The notes under the pieces are model-generated. The model was not told the DNA's origin. It searched no databases and saw only the letters and a program-made list of their open reading frames with translations. Position numbers and translations under genes: made by a program. DNA of 64,000 nt, taken from the NCBI RefSeq assembly GCF_009914755.1, contig NC_060938.1; one strand, 5' to 3'. How positions within the stretch are numbered: position 1 is the first letter of the stretch; every line of letters begins with the position of its first letter. Positions 27,187 through 41,659 of the stretch are shown here, piece by piece. The stretch comes from the human T2T-CHM13v2.0 reference genome, Homo sapiens.

Positions 27187-30120
27187 CTGTTTGAAATAAG
27201 AAAACATTATCATATTAGACTTGTCACTGACTACTATACACTTATTCTAAACTCAAATACATTAAGGTAGAAAAACATACATTACCGATCAAATATACCT
27301 AGGTTATTAAAATTAACTTAGGTCTTTCAAAATCTTGCAGGAATGAAGTAAGGTATACATACTATTATAATCCATATCATCACTAAGAACATAGGCAGAT
27401 ACTACCTACATAGATCCTTCTGTAGTCCTTAAACCAACTGTATAAGCCAGCAGTTCCATAGATTAAAAAAAAAAAAAACCAAAGTTCTATGCAAATACCA
27501 ATAAGATTTTCAAAGACCCCCGCAAATTTCTTTTTTGTTGTAACTTACCCACATGCAATTCTAAATTTTTGTACCTTGTAGTTTTTAGTCAGTAAGTTTT
27601 AGAAAATGAGTATCTGGGCTTATGATAATAGGTATACTAACATATTATAAATTATTGTGCATTTAGATAGAGTAATGTAATAAAAGGCCACTGAATGATT
27701 GAAGAAAAAACAAAAGTTGATCTACTGGGTATTTCAAAGTTCCCACTAAGTTGGCAATACAGATATAAAAGTAAAAAGTTGTTTTCTATGTCTGGAAAGC
27801 AGGGCTATTTTAAGTTTAGAGGTTAATAATGTGGGGAGTATTTTCGTAATTTTTCTTTGTAAAAGTGCTTTCTTTGAAATTAAGCTTTAACAAATATTAC
27901 TGAAATATTCCATAAAGTCAGAAGAATAAGGTTCTTTTGTTACTCAAACCCATCCTGGGCCCTGATCTGAGTTTTAAGGCAGTCTTCTTTCTTCCTACAC
28001 TTTACAAACTACTGATTTAATGGCAATGTACATAAACATCTTCTAAGACATGGGTTTTAAGTAAAACTCTAATTAACATAGTTTCAGGAATATGCAGTGT
28101 GAAATACTACATGGCTCTGTCTGAAAGGAGCTATAATATGCTTTGGATTTGGCTTTGATAAGAATATCAACCAATCCTTAAAATTTCATTATTTTCCTGA
28201 TTTACAATCTACATGAGGTAGGTACAGAGAAGGCTAATGTTTAGATAAAATAATTTCCTTTAAAAGCAACAGTTCTTAATCGTTTTTATTTTTGAAGACC
28301 TTGATTTTAAGACTTGTACCATGTAAATCTCAAAGCACTAAAAGATATATACTTTAGTACTCTGACAAAACATACCTAATCTTTTTGTTTTTATAAAATA
28401 CCAGCTTACTCCCATATTAAAGTTTGTTAAAAAAGGAAATCACACTACCAGTAATTAACCTATTTCATATTCAAAAATTTTAAAACATCTCTCACTACAC
28501 CAAATACTTCATTAGTTTGGCAATCATATATGGGTAAAAAAACAAGATCAAATTATCTAAGGCAGAGAAAGTCTATTTGATACTAAAATATTTCACTATG
28601 GAATGAGGCATAGCATGGACAGTTTCTGAAGACCTTGATGATGTCATCTGTTTTAATAATTATACACTTGAAGAGAAATGGCCTTTGTATTTCCTTATTA
28701 GAGCATATCTGGATTTGACAGCATTTTCTTTTTCTATTGCTTATGCATATATATGAGACATCTATGGTCAGACATTATGATTTTGAAAGCCAACTTTTTA
28801 AACAGCTTTGTACTACCTCTAAATGCTTCTGTATCTCATCCGCTCATCAGTGAAAGGAGAAATTCATTTCTATGTTGTATCCAACGAGTTTACTCTAATT
28901 GGAATTTTTTTTCCTTTTCCTTCTCCTTTCTGATCCAATTATATTCTCCTAATTAGGATCCCTTTGTGACCAAGTGTATTCATTTGGGACATCTCAGCCA
29001 AGATTAACAATATATACTGTGATCTTAACTTTATTATCTATTAGGTCTACAATATGATCTAATCAACTCAACGAACCTCTTACACAGTAAGCACTGGATA
29101 GCTTTTCAAAAGTTTAAAACAATTTCTAATTTCCATAACCACTGCTCAAGAGTTAAAATTTACGAAGGAAATGAACGTAAGGAGGAAAAACCCGGCAGTT
29201 TCAAGAGTTGAGTCCAAATACACAAAATATGGCTGAGGAATAGAGTTAGTCCTTTGTTCTCCCTGCTTCAAGAAATTGTAATGAGAAAATGTAATTTAGA
29301 GAGTTCTAGTCATCTATATCAATTAAATAATTCAAATAATGTCAAGATACAGCTAGGACAATTCTCTTTACAATTCTTCAATTTTAAAAGCTATTAAAAG
29401 AGAGTTCAGATTTACACAAGATGTACAGGTCTCTCTGGATTTCTTGTGTTACTTTAGAGTTGAAGTAAGGGCCAAAGGCTCTCTGATGATCTCTTGATAG
29501 TCTGAAATTAACTTTTTTGGTTGATTTTTTAAACTGGTCCTCAGAAAGTCATCTGAGAAGTACTGATTGATATACACAACTTTTCCCCTAACCATGACTT
29601 TTCAGAAATTATTAGGAAAATCATTAGGGTTCTCCCATGAGCATGTAAGAATCTGAGAGTTAAAAGGGACCTCAGCAATGATCTAATTTAAACTGCTGTG
29701 AAGGTAGGAGTCCCTTCAGTAGCATCCCTGAGAAGTGGTCACTCAGTCTCTACCTTAGTGCATATCTCCATTTTAAAGTGTCCACTTCTATCTTTAGAGA
29801 CAGCTTTGTTACTACAAAGTTCATTACAGTCAACAAACATGTTCCTTCCCATATTTTCTATCCACTGACCTTTACTTTTTAGAGTTAACAGAATAAGTCT
29901 ATTAAAAATATGGTGGCCCTTGTAAGACATAAATATACACAGAATCAATCATAATTTGAATGTCTAAGGACCATGAATTGTACCGGAAACTTTATACACA
30001 TTTCATTTTTAATCCTAATGACAAATTTTATCAGTACATATTTTATCCCATTTTATAAGTGGGGAAGCTAAGAAAGTGAGAAATTCGATCTAAGATCACA
30101 GAGCTGGTTAAGTGGCAGGT

Positions 30121-30409
<289 letters not shown>

Positions 30410-30630
30410 AAGTGGCAGGCTTTGAATCTGCATCTATTTGACTACAAAGGCTCAGAGAAGAAGGGGGAAAAAGGCTCTTTCAAATGCCTCACAAATAAAC
30501 CAAACAAGGTTCATTCACCAGGCATGTGACTTAGTCCTAATCATTCCTTCCCTAAGGAAACATATACTTTTAAATAATTTATCCTAGAATATTGCCTAAC
30601 ACCAATGCCATGTTAATGTATTTTAATTTA

Positions 30631-30956
<326 letters not shown>

Positions 30957-31131
30957 GTTTGCCCACCTCTCACTTAGGAAGCACCCCTTTTGTTCTTCAC
31001 CATGCCTTAAGCAGTGTTTTCCCAGAATTCCCAGGATAGTATCAAGTAGGGGAACTGTTAAAAATACAAAATCACAGGCTCCATCTCAGAACCACCAAAT
31101 GAGAATCTCTGGGAGATCCGGGAAACTATTC

Positions 31132-31741
<610 letters not shown>

Positions 31742-32224
31742 CTCTTATTTGAAAATAATTTCAAATATATAAAATGTTGCAAAATAAAAATAACACAAAG
31801 ATCACTCATATAACCTTTACCCAGGTTCACATATTGTTAGCATTGTATTCCATTTGCTTTATTCACTTGTTCTGTTTCTATGATAAACACATAAACCGTC
31901 ACCTTTTTTGGGAATCATTTGAGGATATATTATATATGTCATGATCTTTTACCCCTAAATTCTTCATTGTATATTTTCTAAAACTAGGAATATTCTCTTC
32001 TATAATCATAGTAATCAACTTTATAAATTTATTTTGATATAATATTTCATCTAATCTACCATCCACATTCTAATTCTGCCAGCGTATCTAATAATATCTT
32101 TTATTGCAGTTTCCCCTATCCAGTACAGGATCCAGTTCAGGATGAGATACGGTATTTAGCTACATGTCTCTGTAGCATCCTTTGATCAGGAACATTTTCC
32201 GCAGCCACTCGGCCTTTATGATAC

Positions 32225-32534
32225 TTTTTTTTTTTTTTTTTTTTTTGAGATGGGGTCTTGCTCTTTCACCCAGGTTGGAGTACAGTGGTGTGAGAACAGC
32301 TCACTGCAGCCTCGACCTCCCAGGCTCAAGCAGTCCTCCTCGGCCTCAGCATTCCGAGTAGCTAGGACTACAGCCCAAACCACCATACATGGCTAATTTT
32401 TAAAAAATTATTTTTGGTAGAGACAGGGTCTGGCTATGTTGTCCAGGCTGGTCTAGAACTCCATGGCTTAAGTGATCCTCCTACCTTGGCCTCACAAAGG
32501 GCTGGGATTACAGGCGTGTGCCACTACACCCAGA
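32225..32534 (-). mobile_element. AluJ-like SINE
   Basis: Diverged reverse-complement Alu. Confidence 0.9.
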
Positions 32535-33321
32535 CTGATAATAATATTTTTACAGAATACAGTCTCATTGCTACTTTTTATTACAACATCCTCATTTTGT
32601 GTTTGTCTGATGTTTTCTCATTGTCAGAATACTGTAAAGTGATGTGTTCTCCTGTGTGTGTCACATCCAGAGGTGCATAATGTCCATCTGCTCCTCAGGA
32701 ATACCCAGTTTAGGTACTGCTTGATTTCTCCAGTGTATGATTATTGTCGCTCTTTCTTAAACGAATTATCAGTTTGTGGGGATATACTTTAAGACCATGT
32801 AAATATCCTGCTCCTCATCAAAATACTGCCTTCAATTTAGTATCCATCGATGATTTGTGTCCAGTCTTCTCTTACCTAATCCTACCATGATAGCTGCAAA
32901 ATGGTTTTCCAACTCCAGGATTCCCTCCATCAGTTGCCCTTTGGCATTCTACTGTAAGCAAGGATTCTCCTTTCTCCCCATTTATTTGCTTATTTATAGT
33001 CAATATGAACTTATAATTTTTTCAATGATCTATAAATAATAATTTTGGTGCTCAAATGTTCCAGATTTGGCCAGTGTGAGCTGCTTAATTTGGCCCTGTG
33101 TTCTTGTGACCTACCCCATGATTCTCTTGAGCATCTTCCTACCTTCTGTCATAACAAGTTGTCCCAGCCCCAGAATCAGCCATTTTCCTGAGGAACCCTG
33201 GTTTTCCTCAGTGGGAAATAATAGCGCTAGAGGAAAAGATCTGGGTGCTAGGTGTGCTCAATTAGGGTGTCTTTGCTTATTGGCCACTTTAATGGACAAA
33301 GTTAGGAAATACATGCATGAA

Positions 33322-33638
33322 CAGGCATACCCTGTTTTATGGCACTTTGTAGACACTGCATTTACAAATTGAAGGTTTGTGGCAACCCTGGTGCCACTTT
33401 TCCAACAGTGCTCACTTCATGTCTGTGTGCATTTTATAGCAATAGAGTATTTTTAAATTAAGGTATGCATATCTGTTTAGACACAATGCTGTTGCACACT
33501 TAACAGACTATAGTATAGTGTAACCATAATTTTATATGTACTGGGAAACCAAAAAATTTGCATGACTTGCTTTATTGTGACATTCACTTTATTGTGGTGG
33601 TCTGAAACCAAATCTACAGTATCTCTAAGGTATGCCTG
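33322..33638 (+). mobile_element. Internally deleted Tigger1 derivative (MITE-like, about 317 bp)
   Basis: TIRs caggcatacc / ggtatgcctg followed by TA. Both ends align by eye with the ends of the element at 38711-41024. Confidence 0.85.
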
Positions 33639-35849
33639 TATATATACATATTCACCTACATATATAAGTAATACTTACAACACACATGCATATTTTAGAA
33701 ATTGTTGAATTTACAATGGTACCCTCAAATTCCAGTACCTGCCACCCCCGCCCTGGGTTTATTTTTGCTGTTATTTTTAATGAGTATGAAATGATTCTAG
33801 TCAGGGATGTTTGAAAATCACTGCTAAAGATTGCTGATGAATCTCAGTCACCAGTTCTCATGCTCTCCCATGAAATTCATCTGGATCAAAAGACTAATTC
33901 AAAGGACTGGGTGTTCCCTTTGCCCCCCATTTATCATAGCCATTGGTTCCCTCTTCCTACTATCTATTTTATTCAGTTCCTTTCTGAGGATAGTTATCTT
34001 TCCACATATAAGAGCATTACAGAAAGTGACCATTTGCTCAGTCACCACTAGCCAACAGCCAGAGCTCTGAGCCCTCTTAGGGGTACCACCAACCATATAT
34101 ATGCACATATGTGTATTTGTATGGTAACATGTGCTCTGATATCCTCCTCCCTCCACTCTCACTGGTTTTACTTTTAATATTATATTCTGTGCTATAAAAC
34201 TCCAGAAGGAAATCGTAAACATACCAAAAATTTGCAAGTATAATTCATTATTTTCTTTATGTTCTACTCTCTTCCCCTACAAAAATCTGGTTCCCTTTCC
34301 TCCGTTTATAGTTAATATCAGAACAATCTACCAGTTGCCTAAGCTAGAAATTGTAAGCATCATCTGTCTCTTCTCTTCCTGTATCATCCATAACAAATCA
34401 TTTCAAGACCACTTAATTCTATCATATTTTGAATCCATCTCTTCTCTTTATTCCTATTGATACTATTTTGGGTTAGAACCTTGTTATTGCTCACTTGAAT
34501 TTATGAAGATAGAATTGGGGTATGGAATAGAACTGTTTTTTCCTTTTTTCATTCTCAAGAACATAAAAATATTGGGGAGAAATGAGACACAACACTATCT
34601 GTTACTTCCTTTGCCAAATCTATGTCATTTTACTAGCTTATAAAAATGAAAATGTGTCAAAATGTGCTCAGAAAATATTTGGCAAATTAAATTTATAAGT
34701 TAATACATATAAAATAAACCTGTTAACTCTGAAATGCTTTACATGTCTATTATAAAAATAGTTACAGGTTATGAAACCTTAAGAAATCTGAGATCTTTGT
34801 ACAGAAAACATATACACTGAATCCATTCCATACTTAGTTTTTCAAAGCTTAGTTAGGAATATTTTTAGATTAAAAACACTGATGAAAGAAAGCTCCCAGA
34901 GAAAACATCGAACCCTTCTTTCTCTTATGAAAGCAGAGGGATCTACAGGCAGCAACACATCTGTTTCAGCATTGGAGAATTTTACTCAGAATTCAGAAAC
35001 TAAAATGATTTGATATTATAGTACCTGTAATAACAGTAACTCTTGACTACCATGTGCCACATGTTAATATAAGCATTACCTCAATTAATCTTTACAAGAA
35101 TGCTATGAAGTAGCTACTTGTTAGAATATCCACTTTGCAGATAGAGAAGCCATACAAAAATTAAGTGTTACAGTGGGACTGGAATCAAGCAGTCTATCTC
35201 TACAGCCCATATACAATTGGCAAAAAATAATTTCTACTGCATGGTTTTTAGAACAAAAATTGGGGCCATATATGATTATGAGGCAATGTGGAAATGTAAT
35301 TTATCTTAAGTACTATAACAATAAGTGTAAATGCTTTTTTCAGAGGGAAAAAAAAGAATAATTGCAAATATTTCCACGGTTATCTCTTCCTTCCATACAT
35401 TTCATAAATGTGGCCCTATGTACTGTAATATTTTAAACTTTTTTGAAGGCACAGACTCCCCCTTGTACAAGATCCTTGTACAGTATCTTATACGTAGTAA
35501 GTTCTCAATAAACAAATTTTCAATAAACATGTAGACCATATTCTTAGTTCAAAACACCTTTAACCAGCTGATTCAGTATATGTATATATTATCAAATCTT
35601 ACCTGGGATTCCTGATAAATAAATTTTACCAAAGTGACTTATCTCACTTTCAAACACTTGCACTGATTTTCCCTGTCTCCCTGCTAATGAAGGGTAACAG
35701 TCTGCAGTAAAGTGGCCCCCTGTTAGCTAGTGTTTGGCATAGAGTAGGGCTCACTAAATATTTACTGATTAAAGGCCCAGGAAAGTCAAAATAATCAGCC
35801 AATAAATAACAGAGAGACTGGCTATATTGTGAACACAGAAGAGAGAAGC

Positions 35850-36065
35850 AGTAAACAGAGTAAGCTGTGAAGCTGTATTGCCTGGATTCAAATACTGGCT
35901 CTGCCACTTATTAAGTGAGATGCAATGAGCAAGCCTCAAAACCTCTCTTGGCATCAGTTTCCTCATCCTTCAAATGAGGATACTAATCATACCTACTTCA
36001 CAGGATTTTTTAAAATAAGGGTTAAACAAGTTCACACATGTTAGGCAATTAACAAATGTTAGTTA
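35850..36065 (+). mobile_element. MIR SINE
   Basis: MIR core (ggattcaaatactggctctgccactta...cagtttcctcatc...atacctacttcacagg). Confidence 0.8.
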
Positions 36066-36581
36066 TTCCTACTAAACAGAATTCTCCTTTCCCTCTTATC
36101 AATAAAGTGACAGAATGCATTTGGTGGAGATTCTCTCATCTTCTTGAATAAAGCTTCACCTCTCGCCCCCAGTGTTACTCTTGGGAGACATCAGCTCCAC
36201 TACCATTTGAAAACTGTACGAATTCATTACAGAAGTGAAGCAATAAAAGTCCATCACATACAAAAAGTTTAAAGGACATTTTATGTCTAAAACTCTTTTG
36301 TGAAGACAACAATCATAGATATAATTAATTAGATTTATGAAAAATGTCATGTCTCAAAGAACTATTTTCTAAACAGTCCCCCAACCTGAGACCATCTGTT
36401 TTATTAAGGGTCACAATGTCTAGTTTGAAGACTATCAAATTTATTAAAAGTAGGCTATTTATAGATTAATGAATTCCTGTAATTTCTCATTTGCTTAAAA
36501 AAAACATAAAATGTAAAAATTCAGGACATTTATAAGCTATCACTAAAAAATACCCACCAGCAAGATAATCATGACACTTAC

Positions 36582-36688
36582 TTCATCTCTATAAAGTGGA
36601 CTAGTATAATACATTATGTCCATTGCACTGCTGTTCAGCATATCCCTTAAACCTCGTACTTTGTCAGGAGTAATGGAATCAACAGTGT
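36582..36688 (-). CDS. DDHD1: DDHD1 coding exon, 107 nt: DTVDSITPDKVRGLRDMLNSSAMDIMYYTSPLYRDE
   Basis: Acceptor gtttttgtag, donor GAA|gtaagt. Phase 1 in, phase 0 out. Confidence 0.95.
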
Positions 36689-37725
36689 CTACAAAAACAA
36701 ACAAAAAAAGCAAGTTAACTTATAGAAAGTCTCTGTTACAGGAAAGTAATAGTGAAGAAAATTACGTTGCCTGAAATAGTAACTATTTAAGTTAACATTT
36801 AAATATTCAAGACCAGCTTTGGCTCTAATGGATCTTCCCTTCCTATAAAATACTTCAAGAAAAAAAAAACAGTAAAAGACAACATAGGAGATGAAAAGAA
36901 ACATTAAAGGATGAAAGCCATTATCAAATCTATAAAGCGTCACCCTTTTTTGTATGTACTGGCTTTTGCATGAAATTCAGGGATACTCAGAGCAAAATGA
37001 GGCCACATATTTAGAACAGGTGTCAAAACACAATCCCAAATGGCAGCTGCTAATATTATATCCAGTATAACAACTCTCTCATTTTGCAGATTATGTAAAT
37101 AATCTAAACATTCTGTTTTTATGGTTTTAATATTTAACAGACATAACTTTGTGTAAAGAAAGACACATATTTTGGTTGATGACAGCTCTTTAAGGAAGAC
37201 AACTAAACTGATTTTATTTAAACAAATATACAAATTATCTATGCTAGATTGTAATTCACCAGCCCAGGGAATGTACGAAAAACAACAAAGGAAAACAAAA
37301 AACCTGAGATTTTTATCTTCCGATTATGGGGAGAAAATTATTAGAAAGAAAAATGTAAGCTCGTATGGAATTATGGAAAACAAATATTTTTAAAGTACTG
37401 ACAAATCAACTTCGTGTCAAAAACTTTAGAAAACATTTTGTTCCCACTATATCCCTCCACCTGCCACAATCCAGAGGGCATGCATGAAAACAGTGCTATC
37501 TATGAAATCTATGTAATGGTCCAAATGATATTAGTCAGTATAATTATTCTAGAAATCAATGGATTTTATTTTCTTAATCTAGAACAAAGGGTGAGCATAT
37601 CTCAAGACAATTAAATTGAAGACACTACATTCTCAATTAACAAAAAGTGTTTTCTAAAACTTTCTGCATTTATTTTGGTAAAAGTTTGCCATTGGCTAAA
37701 TCATTCAATTTTTAAATAAATATAC

Positions 37726-37832
37726 CTCCATCAAGAGTAAGTTTTGACCGCCACTCAACAGGCAGAAATTCAACATGTGTTGCATGGTTGGAAAAATGCC
37801 TTTCTTCTATTTTTCTTGCAGCTTCTCTCATC
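37726..37832 (-). CDS. DDHD1: DDHD1 coding exon, 107 nt: MREAARKIEERHFSNHATHVEFLPVEWRSKLTLDG
   Basis: Acceptor tttttttag, donor GAG|gtatat. VEFLPVEWR family motif. Phase 2 in, phase 1 out. Confidence 0.95.
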
Positions 37833-38710
37833 CTAAAAAAACAAACAAACAAAAATGCAAACAAAGCTTTATGAGAATAACTTCACATATAAATTTATAT
37901 GAGATAAAATGTGTTTAATCATAACACTTCCATTTGCTTATAGCTTTGTCCAGTTACATTCCAGTGACTACCACACTAAACAAGTCTGCAATACTAGGAT
38001 ACCTTCATTTCATGGTTATTTTCCTAAATTTGCCATCTATGATTTCAAATATTCTAAGCTTTTACATTATATTCTAAATAATTATATGTAAGAATTTTTA
38101 GTACACAGAATGGCATAATGAATACCTCTGTGCCATCACCCAGCTCCAAATATTAGCAAGTCATGCCCTATCTTGTTTCATCTATTGCTCTCTTCATCCT
38201 TTCCATAATATAAATTTTAAAATTTTATTTAAAAATATTAAGATACTATAAAATTGACCCTTTTCTCCCTTTTGGTGTCAGTTATATAAATTTTAGCACA
38301 TGTGCAGATTTGTGATTAGTATTACAATTACAATTAGTATTAGTATTACAATTAGTATTACCATTCAGAACATGCTATTCTTTTAGTAGTCACTCCCCTC
38401 CCCCATATTTAAAAGCAAATCCTAGATATTGCATTATTTTGTCTGTAGTTTAGTATCTACTTCTAAAATATAAGAAAAACATAACCTATTCAGTATTATC
38501 ATGCCAAAGAAATTAATAATTCTTTAATTTCAGCAAATATGTAGTTCAGTGGTCCTATTTTCCCAGTTGGACTATAAAATATTATTTTAAATTATTTTAT
38601 AATATTAAAAATTTTTTTACACTTGTTTAAATTCAGCTCTAAATACAATCCATGCACTGCAATTGGAAGACATGTCTCTACTATAGGCTCCTTTCTCTAT
38701 TTGCCTTGTA

Positions 38711-41024
38711 AAGGCATACCCTGTTTTACTGCATTCATTTTTTAAAAAATTGCACTCTGCAGATATTGCCTTTTTCTCCACTTTTTAAAAAACTGAAGGT
38801 CTGTGGCAACCTTGCATGGAGCAAGTCTATTAGTGCATTTTTCCAACAGCATGTGCTCACTCTGTGTCTCTGTGTCACATTTTGTAATCCTCACAATATT
38901 TCAAATTTTCTCATTATTATTACATCCACTATGGTTAACTGCACCTGTATAAGATGAGCTTAATCGATAAATGTATGTGGTCTGACTGTTCCACTGACTG
39001 GCTATTCCCCAACCTTTCTCCTGCTCCGAGGGCTTCTGTATTATCCCTGAGACACAACAATATTGAGATTAGGGCACTGAATAATTCCATACTGGCCTCT
39101 AGGTGATCAAGTGAAAAGAAGAGTCGCTTATCTCTCACTTCAAATAAAAAACCAGAAATGATTGAGCTTAGTGAGAGAGGCATGTCAAAAGCCAAGCATG
39201 CCAAAAGCTGGACCTCTTGCACCAGGTAGCCAATTTGTGAATGCAAGGGAAAAGTTCTTGAAGGAGATTAAAAGTACTACTCCAGTGAACACACAAATAA
39301 GAAAATGAAAAAGCCTTATTGTTGATAAGGAGAAAGTTTTAGTGGTCTGGATAGAAGACCAAAACAGCTACAACTTTCCCTTCATTTATGCCAAAGCCTA
39401 ATCCAGAGCAAGCCTTAACTCTTTTCAATTCTAAAAGACTGAGAGGGGCAAAGAAGCTACCGAAGAAAAGTTTGAAGCTAGCAGGTTGGTGCATGAGGTT
39501 TAAGGAAAGAAGCTGTCTCCATTAACATAAAAGTGCGAGGTAAGTGCTAATGTAGAAGCTGCATCAAGTTAAGAAGATCTAGCCAAAATAATCAATGAAG
39601 GTTGCTACACTAAACAACATATTCTCAATGTAGACAAAAAAGCCTTTGGACTTTCACAGCTAGAGAGGAGAAGTCAATTCCTGGCTTCAAAGCTTCAAAG
39701 GACAGGCTGACTCTCTTGTGAAGAGCTAATGCAGCTGGTAACTTGGAAGTTGAAGCCAATGCTCACTGACCATCCCAAATAGCCTAGGGCCCTTAAGAAT
39801 TATGCTAAATCTACTGTGCCTGTGCTCTATAAATAGAACAACAAAGCCTGGATAGCAGCACATCTTTTTTACAGCATGGCTTACAGCATATTTTAAGCCC
39901 ACTGTTGAGACCTACTGCTCAGAAAAAAAAACGATTCCTTTCAAATGGTTACTGCCCGCTGACAATGTACCTGGTCACTCAAGAGCTCTGATGGAGATGT
40001 ACTAGGAGATGAATGTTGTTTTCATGCCTGCTAACACAATATCCACTCTGCAGCCCACGGATCAAGGAGTAATTTTAACTTTCAAGCCTTATATTTAAGA
40101 AACAAATTTTATAATGCTATAGCTGCTATAGATAGTGGATGAATCTGGGCAAAGTAAACTGAAAGTATTCCGGAAGGAACTCATCATTCTAGATGCCATT
40201 AAGAACATTTGTGATTCAGTGATTCATGGGGGGTGAAAATATCAACATTCCAGAAGTTTGGAAGAAATGGATTCCAACCCTCATAAATGACTTTGAGGGG
40301 CTCAAGACTTCAATGAGGAAGTAACTGCAGATGTATTGGAAATAGCAAGAGAACTAAAATAAGCAGAGTGTGAAGATGTGACTGAATTGCTGCAATTTCA
40401 TGAGAAAACTTCAGTGGATGAGGAGTTGCTTCTTATGGATGAACAAAGAAAGTGGTTTGAGATGGACTCTTGGTGAAGATGTGAATATTGTTGAAATGGC
40501 AACAAAGAATTCAGAATATGCCATAAACTTAGTTGATAAGGCAGTGGCAGGGTTTGACAGGATTGATTCAAATTTTCAAGTAAGTTCTACAGTGGGTAAA
40601 ATGCTCTCAAACTGCATTGCATGTTACAGAGAAATCTTTCGTGAGAGGAAGAATCAATCGATGTGGCTAACTTCACTGTTGTCTTATTTTAAGAAATTGC
40701 CACACCCACCCCAAACTTCGGCAACTACCATCCTGGTCAGCAGCCATCAACATGGACGCAAGACCCTTCAACAGCAAAAAGATGCTGTGAACTCACAGAA
40801 GCCTCAGATAATTGGTTAGCGACATTTAGCAGTACAGCATTTTAAAATTAAGATATGTACACGATTTTTAAAGACATTATGCTATCACATACTTGTTTAC
40901 AGTGTCGTGTAAACATAACTTTTATATGCACTGAGAAGCCAATTTGTGCAACTTGCTTAATTATGATATTCACTTTATTGCAGTGGTATGGAACCAAACC
41001 CACAATATCTTTGAGGTATACCTG
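38711..41024 (+). mobile_element. Near full-length Tigger1 (TcMar-Tigger DNA transposon), transposase disrupted
   Basis: TA|aaggcatacc ... ggtatacctg|TA (TIRs plus TA TSD), about 2.3 kb. Pogo-like transposase remnants. ORF 40400..40819 is Tigger1-derived. Confidence 0.92.
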
Positions 41025-41659
41025 TAATTTTTTGTGTATGTGTCCTATAGAGTTACTCAGAGTCCGATTTTCATTCACTGCATCCCTATGGTGTTGTTTA
41101 ACATGTTCTTTGTCCCGTTTCCTATAATTTGGTAGTTAGTTATAGGGGCTTCATCAGATGCAAGCTCTGTTTTGGCGAGACTACTACTCCATATGTACAT
41201 AGGTACACACAACTTCTTCTCTTTTTAGTGATGATAGCAGTTACTGATGATCATTGTTTAAATCCATTAGTTTATCATGGTGGCAAAAGGGCCTTTTAAA
41301 TTCCATCACTCTTCATTTGTTTATAGGCTTATACTTCTAGAAAGAGAAATTTCCTTACATTAAATATTTAGCTGCACTGGGGTATAACCAAATAGTTTCT
41401 GCATGAACTGAGGCACAGTTAATCTAGAAAAGGTAGGATAAATGGTTAATTCTTCCCTTTATTAACAGTTTTCAAAATAACAAGTCATTAGGTTTTATAT
41501 ATTTTGATGTCATTGCTAACTCACAGATTTAAGCATATTTGATGCATATCAATCCACTGTAGTTATTATCCTTGCCAAGGTTCAAATTGTCTATTTTAGG
41601 TCTGTGAATCTCTCCAAGTTGCTTTTGACACAACTTCATTAGTTTTTGTTTTTTTTTTT

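Larger units (their letters stand above)
31745..33770 (-). mobile_element. Ancient L1M (L1MC/ME-like) 3' fragment, interrupted by an Alu and a Tigger1 derivative
   Basis: Resembles the L1MC 3'-end pattern (tttgaaataatttc...cctttacccagg...). Subfamily uncertain. Confidence 0.55.

Noticed and set aside
38315-38361. Short attagt/attaca tandem array, plus the AT-rich array near 16695-16750
   Set aside because: Ordinary low-complexity slippage repeats, with no spacer structure.
38711-41024. Domesticated Tigger transposase gene (ORF 40400..40819)
   Set aside because: The transposase frame is broken many times. The 139-aa ORF is an ordinary Tigger1 remnant.
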